A DNA stretch of 64,000 nt from Octopus sinensis (lineage: Eukaryota). The DNA lies in NCBI RefSeq assembly GCF_006345805.1, contig NC_043002.1, positions 102,548,001-102,612,000 on the forward strand, given 5' to 3'. The notes beneath the pieces were generated by a model, which had not been told where the DNA came from, searched no databases, and saw only the letters and a list, made by a program, of their open reading frames with translations. Below are positions 57,258 through 64,000 of the stretch, piece by piece. Made by a program: the position numbers and the translations under genes. The number at the start of each line of letters is the position of its first letter. Position 1 is the stretch's first letter.

Positions 57258-57258
<1 letters not shown>
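56077..57258. repeat. Nested inverted/direct duplication complex around a PLE-like terminal module
   Basis: 56764-56937 = rc(57003-57180); 56141-56282 = rc(57117-57258); 56077-56142 = direct copy of 57027-57093. Confidence 0.9.
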
Positions 57259-57316
<58 letters not shown>

Positions 57317-57343
57317 TACATACATACACATACACACACATAC

Positions 57344-57441
<98 letters not shown>

Positions 57442-58988
57442 TATGTATATATGTGTATATCACTGTGAATGTAAACATTAATATTCATCCTGGTAGGGAA
57501 TATATTTTATCATTTAAAGAAAATTAAATGTAAATAACGTTTTAACATCCGTGTAACATTTTCTGCTTTCTATTTTGGATAATTTAATTTTTTTCTCCCA
57601 TTCAATTCCACAATTCCACAAAAAAGACAATATTCTTCGATCTCACTTCAAACGAATTTGCCGATTCTGAAAGAGTTGAAAAAAGTGCAGTATTTTAGAA
57701 AGTTGTTTACTGAAAATCAAACATAATATTTGCTGCAGGTTTCAATTCTTATTTGGAATTACTGTTATTCAAAAATCAACACCGCTTCACTATTGATCTG
57801 TTTTGTTTGGTTTTTATTTTAACAATGTGCCTAAGAGAGTAACATGCTATCCTGCTGTTACCGTGTTATTATCTGAGTGATTTAAGTGGACAAAGGTTGG
57901 GTGGGGGAATTGTAAATTAGTAATCCATTTTGATATTCCTCGCTTATATGTGCTCGTTTGAATGTAATCGTTCGCTACTGTCTTTAAAAGAAAACACATT
58001 AACTAGCGTCTTCCTGGGTAAATCTTGTCTAAAGGAAGGAACGAAATGATCACAGCTAGACCTTATCTGAAACAAGGTGCGTGTCCGGGCTAATAAAGAG
58101 AGTAATTAAATCTTCCTCAAATCATATTGATCCTTCTTACAGCATAGAAGGTTATATTGCACTAATCAATCATTGATACATATCGATATTTAGTGGAAAA
58201 ATTCTGTTTCATGAGGTTCCTCGTAATTGTGAACATCAGAAACAAATTTACTCCTTTATATATTATAAACAAAGTAGTCAAATTCCCCAACACAATGAGA
58301 TAAATTTACAATCAGAATTATTAATTTGACAGTCATAGATATGGAATGGGATATGGTTTGATGTCTAGGACATAGTCCTCCTTTGGAATCGGATTTAAGA
58401 TGGAAGGGTAGAGAAGATGCCACATTTTAGATCTTAATACAGAGAAGGTGATACGATTCCATCATAAAACGTCTCTGCATTAAGATAAAAAAAAATGCAA
58501 GGTCTTCTCTACGTTGATGACGGAGACTCGTTTTATCCTATTTTAATTACATCCATACCACCGTATATTTTAACGAACAAAATCTACCAACATTATTATG
58601 GATCACCGAGCCCCCAGAATCAGTCTTTGAACTCATAACACCTTTCATTCACACCTTTCAGTATCTTTATTTAAGTTACTTTTAAAATAAAATATCTAAA
58701 TGAATATACTTTAAAATTATATTATCTGAATGTCTCCCCCATTTAATTTCTCTGGTTTTACATGTATACATACATACATATTTTGTATTCAATAATATAT
58801 TTAATATATTTGATGCATCGCATCTGTTTAGCCATATAATTGACTGTATACCCGCTCAAATTGATCCCACTTTTAGCCTTTCTTTACCTTCTGAAATGGT
58901 GTCCTGTAAAGACATCGGAGTCAAAGTTAGTATCTTTTGAGCGCTGCTAAATGTATTCTTTCCGGAGAGTCTCAGGATCTCATCTGTG

Positions 58989-59045
<57 letters not shown>

Positions 59046-59480
59046 GGGGGGGGTGTACTAGCTGATGTACACGGTAATTCCTGGAAAAGCGAGGCTTATC
59101 CCTTGGTTCTGTTCTCATAATTATTTTGCTAATAAGGTAGTTCTTCATCTCAGTTGTCCAAAAGAATATCTAATAATTACTCTACATGTAAACATATCAA
59201 TAAGCGTAACAATACAGGGCTTAGTAAATTAAGTTGGTCTCTGAAAGAACTTCATCCCGTTCTCAGAGAATCCTCTTGTTAGCGCGTTTAAAGAACGCGT
59301 TTATCTTTGCAGACATTGGTAAAAACGTACCTTTAGTTCATATAAGTGATGTATACCAGTCTGTAAAATTCGACCTTTAACGGTTAAAAAAAAAACAACG
59401 TATTAGTGTTCCCTTCATCATATATGCAATAATCACATTCGGTTAAAATATCTTATTGATAAGCTTTGTTTCTCTTTTTT

Positions 59481-59565
59481 TTCCTGATGAGAAGATTGCA
59501 TTGTTTTTCATTATATTATTCCTTCTGGAATAATACCAATGTTTTCTTCGAAACATATGTCGGTG
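59481..59565 (+). ncRNA. Type I hammerhead motif, core intact, stem I weak
   Basis: CTGATGA(59484)-GAAGA...TCTTC-GAAA(59550)-CATATG-TC-GG. The 59-nt stem II includes CATTG/CAATG and TATTATTCC/GGAATAATA. Confidence 0.6.
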
Positions 59566-59884
59566 GTATAAATATTTGAATAACACCTGTGTTTAACTCC
59601 ATTTATTTATTTATCTATGTTATCAAAATCATTTCACCAAAACATAGAATCTCTAACTTTATATGCAAAGATGTTACATCCTTAGGACTTGTAGGAACTT
59701 TTGCTACCCTAGTGACTTTATTTATATTTTCCATGGTATTTGTAAACATTGAAAATACACACACACACTCAACACACATATTTATATCTATCTCTATCCC
59801 TATCTCTCTATGTATGTATGTATGTATGTATCTATCTATCTATCTATGTGTATATGTATGTATCTATCTATGTTTATATATATA

Positions 59885-59959
<75 letters not shown>

Positions 59960-60076
59960 GTATATATATATGTATATACATGTATATATATATGTCTGTA
60001 TATATATATATGTGTGTATATATATATTTATATATATGTGTATATATATATATGTATAAATATATATATATGTATA

Positions 60077-60144
<68 letters not shown>

Positions 60145-61280
60145 ATTGTTTCTCTCGTCGTTAACGAATATTAGGATTCAGTAAAGCAAACCATTAATCG
60201 TGTTCCATGAAAACGAATGTGTCTCTTGCGGCCTGTTGGTGCCTTGCAAGTCTTTAGGCAAATAGAAAAGCTTGAGGAATCAATTACTTTGAATACTTGT
60301 GGAACATTTGCTCTCTTGAGTGGGCGGCACGCTCTGCTATGCTTCACGTCACAAAAGCACCGCGACAGGCAGGGAATCTGCTCAAATCTTTGAATTGAGG
60401 AGAAGCAAGGCTGGCAACTATCAGAACACACAAATGAAAAAGAAGTCAGCCATTTCATCTCACGCTGCACTCAGTGACACCACTGATCGTACAATACACA
60501 CATATTTCTTGCAAATAAAAGATGTGATAGGCTTCCCCACACGATCGATGTACAAAATGTTTACCATAGCGCATTAATCAATCTGCAGTTAAAGTAGAAA
60601 AATATATTAACGGGATCAAAGGTGAAAAAATTTGACTGAATACAAAAGCTATAAGTACAAAAAGGAGGCAAAAGACACCTTGAAGGAGATTTTGGTGTGC
60701 GTGAGTGCGCGTGCACCAAACTTTGCCCCTCGAGCTGTTGTTTCTAATTAGTCAAATGCATTTTCCTTTGAAGTAGAGTTGGATGTGTATTTATATAGCA
60801 TTGGCACGTAAAATATATGGAAAGTTCTCACCAGAGATTTGTAGAGATAATTATTTAAAAAGTAATTACGAATGACTATGTGGTGAGGAAAAATCAACAA
60901 TGTTAAACCAATGAAAACCTTTGCTTTGATTATTCCAGCAAACATGTGGCGAAGCCATGGACATGTTCTGATATTATTGCGTCTCTTCTATCAATCCATT
61001 CCTTCAATTTATTAGCTGAACTACTGATGAAAACAATCATTACGCTCTTTCTGTCTATAAATCCCAATATCAATAAAACAGATACACATTTACAAACATT
61101 ATTGTAACTGTTTAACTGACCAATAATTCTCGGGTTCAAATAACATGCCGACTAAACGTGACTCTCCTATCACGATATGCTACGTTGGTGTTCAAACAGA
61201 AGCATAACCTTGTCGGTTTAATTAATCATTCTCTCTTTCCGTCATACGTGACTGCCATGGCGGTCAACTTAAAAGACGGT

Positions 61281-61316
61281 TATATAAACCGCAAATCTGT
61301 TGCCGGGTCGTCATTT
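61281..61316 (+). promoter_or_regulatory. Candidate TATA box plus initiator
   Basis: TATATAAA at 61281-61288 and TCATTT at 61311-61316; the TATAAA starts 30 nt upstream of the Inr A, in a locally CpG-rich setting. Confidence 0.3.
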
Positions 61317-62801
61317 ATCTCTGGCATTGAGAAATATCAATAGTCAATGCAATTAACTGCCATCAGCTCAGTTCACTTAGCGGAAAGTAATTAGTGTAGC
61401 GTCGTGTAGTCAACTTTATTCAGCATCGCCGGAAATATATGAATCATGATGAAACGTGGAAAATTTGAAGTTACAGAGAATGGTATTAAAATTCCTAAAA
61501 TAGAGAAATTTTAGAATAGACCCAAAGAGAAACAATGTTGTCAGCCGTTCCCCTGATTTTCATATACCTTGATTTTTCTGACTAACGATAATATTAACTT
61601 TTACATGGGAACAAAGCCAGGATTTGAATAGTAAAAACTGTCCGTTATGTCCTCGATTCCTGCACTTGAAGGGTATGTATTTCATGAACCACTGAAGGAT
61701 GAGAGCCCAACTCGATATCAGTGTGGTATGAACTCAAAGAGTAAACAAAATTGCTACTAAACATGGAAAGGAGTTTTGTTCAAGTTTCTAGAACATTCGT
61801 TAATCCAATCACTTCTATGTTACCGGAAGAAGGTTCTACTTCATATTGTTCTCCTTTACTGACTGATACATTGCTTTATTTTCAATTGTCCTGGTTAAAT
61901 TAGCATGACGAACCCAACAAAATTAGGAAGAACTACGTAGATAGAAACAAACTAATCACATGACATTTTGGCCAACATAAACTTAATTTTATTTTCTTAG
62001 TATCTTCCTGAAAAGTAATAATGATAAACAACATGGAAATTGAGTAAAATAATTAAAATATGATTATTTCCATGAAAGTATTAAAGCAGATCTATTGTTT
62101 ATATAATGTTTTCGCCGTTGCGTCATGCGGCATCTCATCATCTTAATGAATGATGACTGCATTGAGTGCTTCTAACTCTTTGCATATACATAGACTACAA
62201 CAGAGACACGATCAAAAAATCGCAAATAAATACTTACATATAGATATATATATTTCTGTGTGTGTTTTTAAAGACACACACACACACACAGGAGCACAGA
62301 TACACAGTTACACGCAACCCACGTAAACACATGTATACGTATGCAAAAAGAGTAGTTTGTGTGAGTTAAAATGTCGCCATTTACCACAGGCGCCTAGTGT
62401 ATTCATAGTATTTATAATGCATCATTATATAAGAGAAAAATTGTTTATTTATTTATTATTCTTTTAGCACACATATTTAGCATGTCTGCAGCTTGTCAAA
62501 ACAGTTTGTTACCAATCTATATTAGAAGTACTTCCTGGTTATTAAAATAACAGCACAGACTCCCAGCAGTGTAACGAAAACACGAAAGGTGAATGTCAAA
62601 ACACCGTTTTTGTACATGATTGTATATTGGTATATAGATATATACACACACACATATATATGTGTGTGGGGGGTGGTAAATGAATACAAGCATATATATA
62701 TGCTTGTATATATATATAGTGTAAATGTGCATGTGTATATATATCTTGCAAGACTGCAAGCCTACAAATATATCGTATATAGATACTTGCATAAGTATAT
62801 C

Positions 62802-62832
<31 letters not shown>

Positions 62833-62862
62833 CACACACACACACACAACATATATATATAT

Positions 62863-62910
<48 letters not shown>

Positions 62911-62944
62911 ATATATATAAGGAAAATAAGACAAGGTAGAAAAT

Positions 62945-64000
62945 GGTAAAATAATTTTATTATGAAGTACATTTTAGTACCGGTTTCAGACTTTGCAACT
63001 TTTTCAACTTTGAGTAAATCATGAAAAACAATGCGTTTGGAGGATTAAATTCATTCTGGGGTCTCTTTTTAATAGGGGCATGTTCTGGAGGATGATGTCG
63101 AAGGCTTCATTTTTAAAAGGATGGTGCGTAGAGATATATGGTAAGACTTTTGGTTATAAATTCTTCTTTAGTTTGGGAAGTCTGAGTTAGTTAATGTAGA
63201 GTTGTAGGGCACGTTGAAAGCCTATATCAATTACTGATGGTGGGTAGTTCCTGCTAATAAGTGTATCTTTTGATTCATGTAGCCGTCTGTCCCCGGTGTT
63301 TGTACTTGAAATTATAGTACAAATCTTTTTTGCTAAGTTGAACGGGATATCCATTCTAGTATGTCTAGGGTGACATGAGTTGCTTTGAGTGTGTTACCTT
63401 ATAATATATATTTGTATTTCGTTGTTAGATTAAAGAGGATGTCGAGGAATGGAAGTTGTTGATGGCTATATTCCATCGTAAATTGATAGTTTATGCCAAG
63501 ACCATTTATAAGTGCTTGACATTCTTTAAGTCTCTCTATACTTTCATGCCAAAGAGTGAAACAGTCATCCAAATACCCTTTCCAGTTATTTTCTATATAG
63601 ATGGAGAATTGGTTGCCGTATTTTTCTAGCACATTACGATAAAGACTGATTTCTAGAAATCTTATGATTAGGTTAGCAAAGGTGGGTGGCATTCTCGCAC
63701 TCATTGTCCCCGATTTTTGTCGATAGAAGTTGTTTTGAAAATGAAGTAGTTATTCTCCATGATGAATTTTAGCCCTTCTATTACGAATTCTTTTTGATGT
63801 GATGTGGGAGTTCATTGGAATAACTCTCTCGCCAGAATTGAATTGCCTGTATTCATAGACTGCGGGGGATATTAGAATGGAGGTTGACTTAAATCAAAGG
63901 ATACTAGTAGGGTGTTTTGTTTATTGATTTAGGAATGTGATTGAACATATCTAGGCCGTTCCTTATGCAGCTTTTGACGTAATTAAGGAATGGCTTTTAG
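62945..64000 (-). mobile_element. Penelope-like element reverse transcriptase fragment, decayed, runs off window end
   Basis: LKPFLNYVKSCIR...VNLHSNIP...YRQKSGTMSARMPPTFANL...WKGYLDDCFTLW...YQFTMEYSHQQLPFLDIL contains the PLE RT motifs GTAMG-like, YxDD and LPFLD; frameshifted. Confidence 0.9.

Overview
AT-rich, repeat-saturated eukaryotic (animal) DNA with one 100-N scaffold gap. The tRNA-derived SINE families and extreme (TA)n/(CA)n/(TCTA)n density look like an octopod cephalopod genome; this is inferred from pattern recognition, not from a search. I cannot support any host protein-coding gene: nearly all supplied ORFs are translations of microsatellites or TE fossils, so the window reads as intergenic or deep-intronic. 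Recognisable content: several SINE families, RTE, R4/Dong-like and CR1/L2-like LINE fragments, two decayed mariner transposons, two non-autonomous Helitron-like elements, and Penelope-like (PLE) RT and GIY-YIG fragments. The main signal not explained by the ORF track is a dispersed set of type I hammerhead-ribozyme (HHR) motifs. Four have an intact catalytic core (3955, 43753, 44535, 59481) and several more are decayed. They sit in short modules that end in (TA)n tracts and are often arranged as inverted repeats, including a perfect 117-bp palindrome. Weaker regulatory hints are a cluster of three perfect CRE sites and a well-spaced TATA/Inr pair. All coordinates and identities were read by eye.
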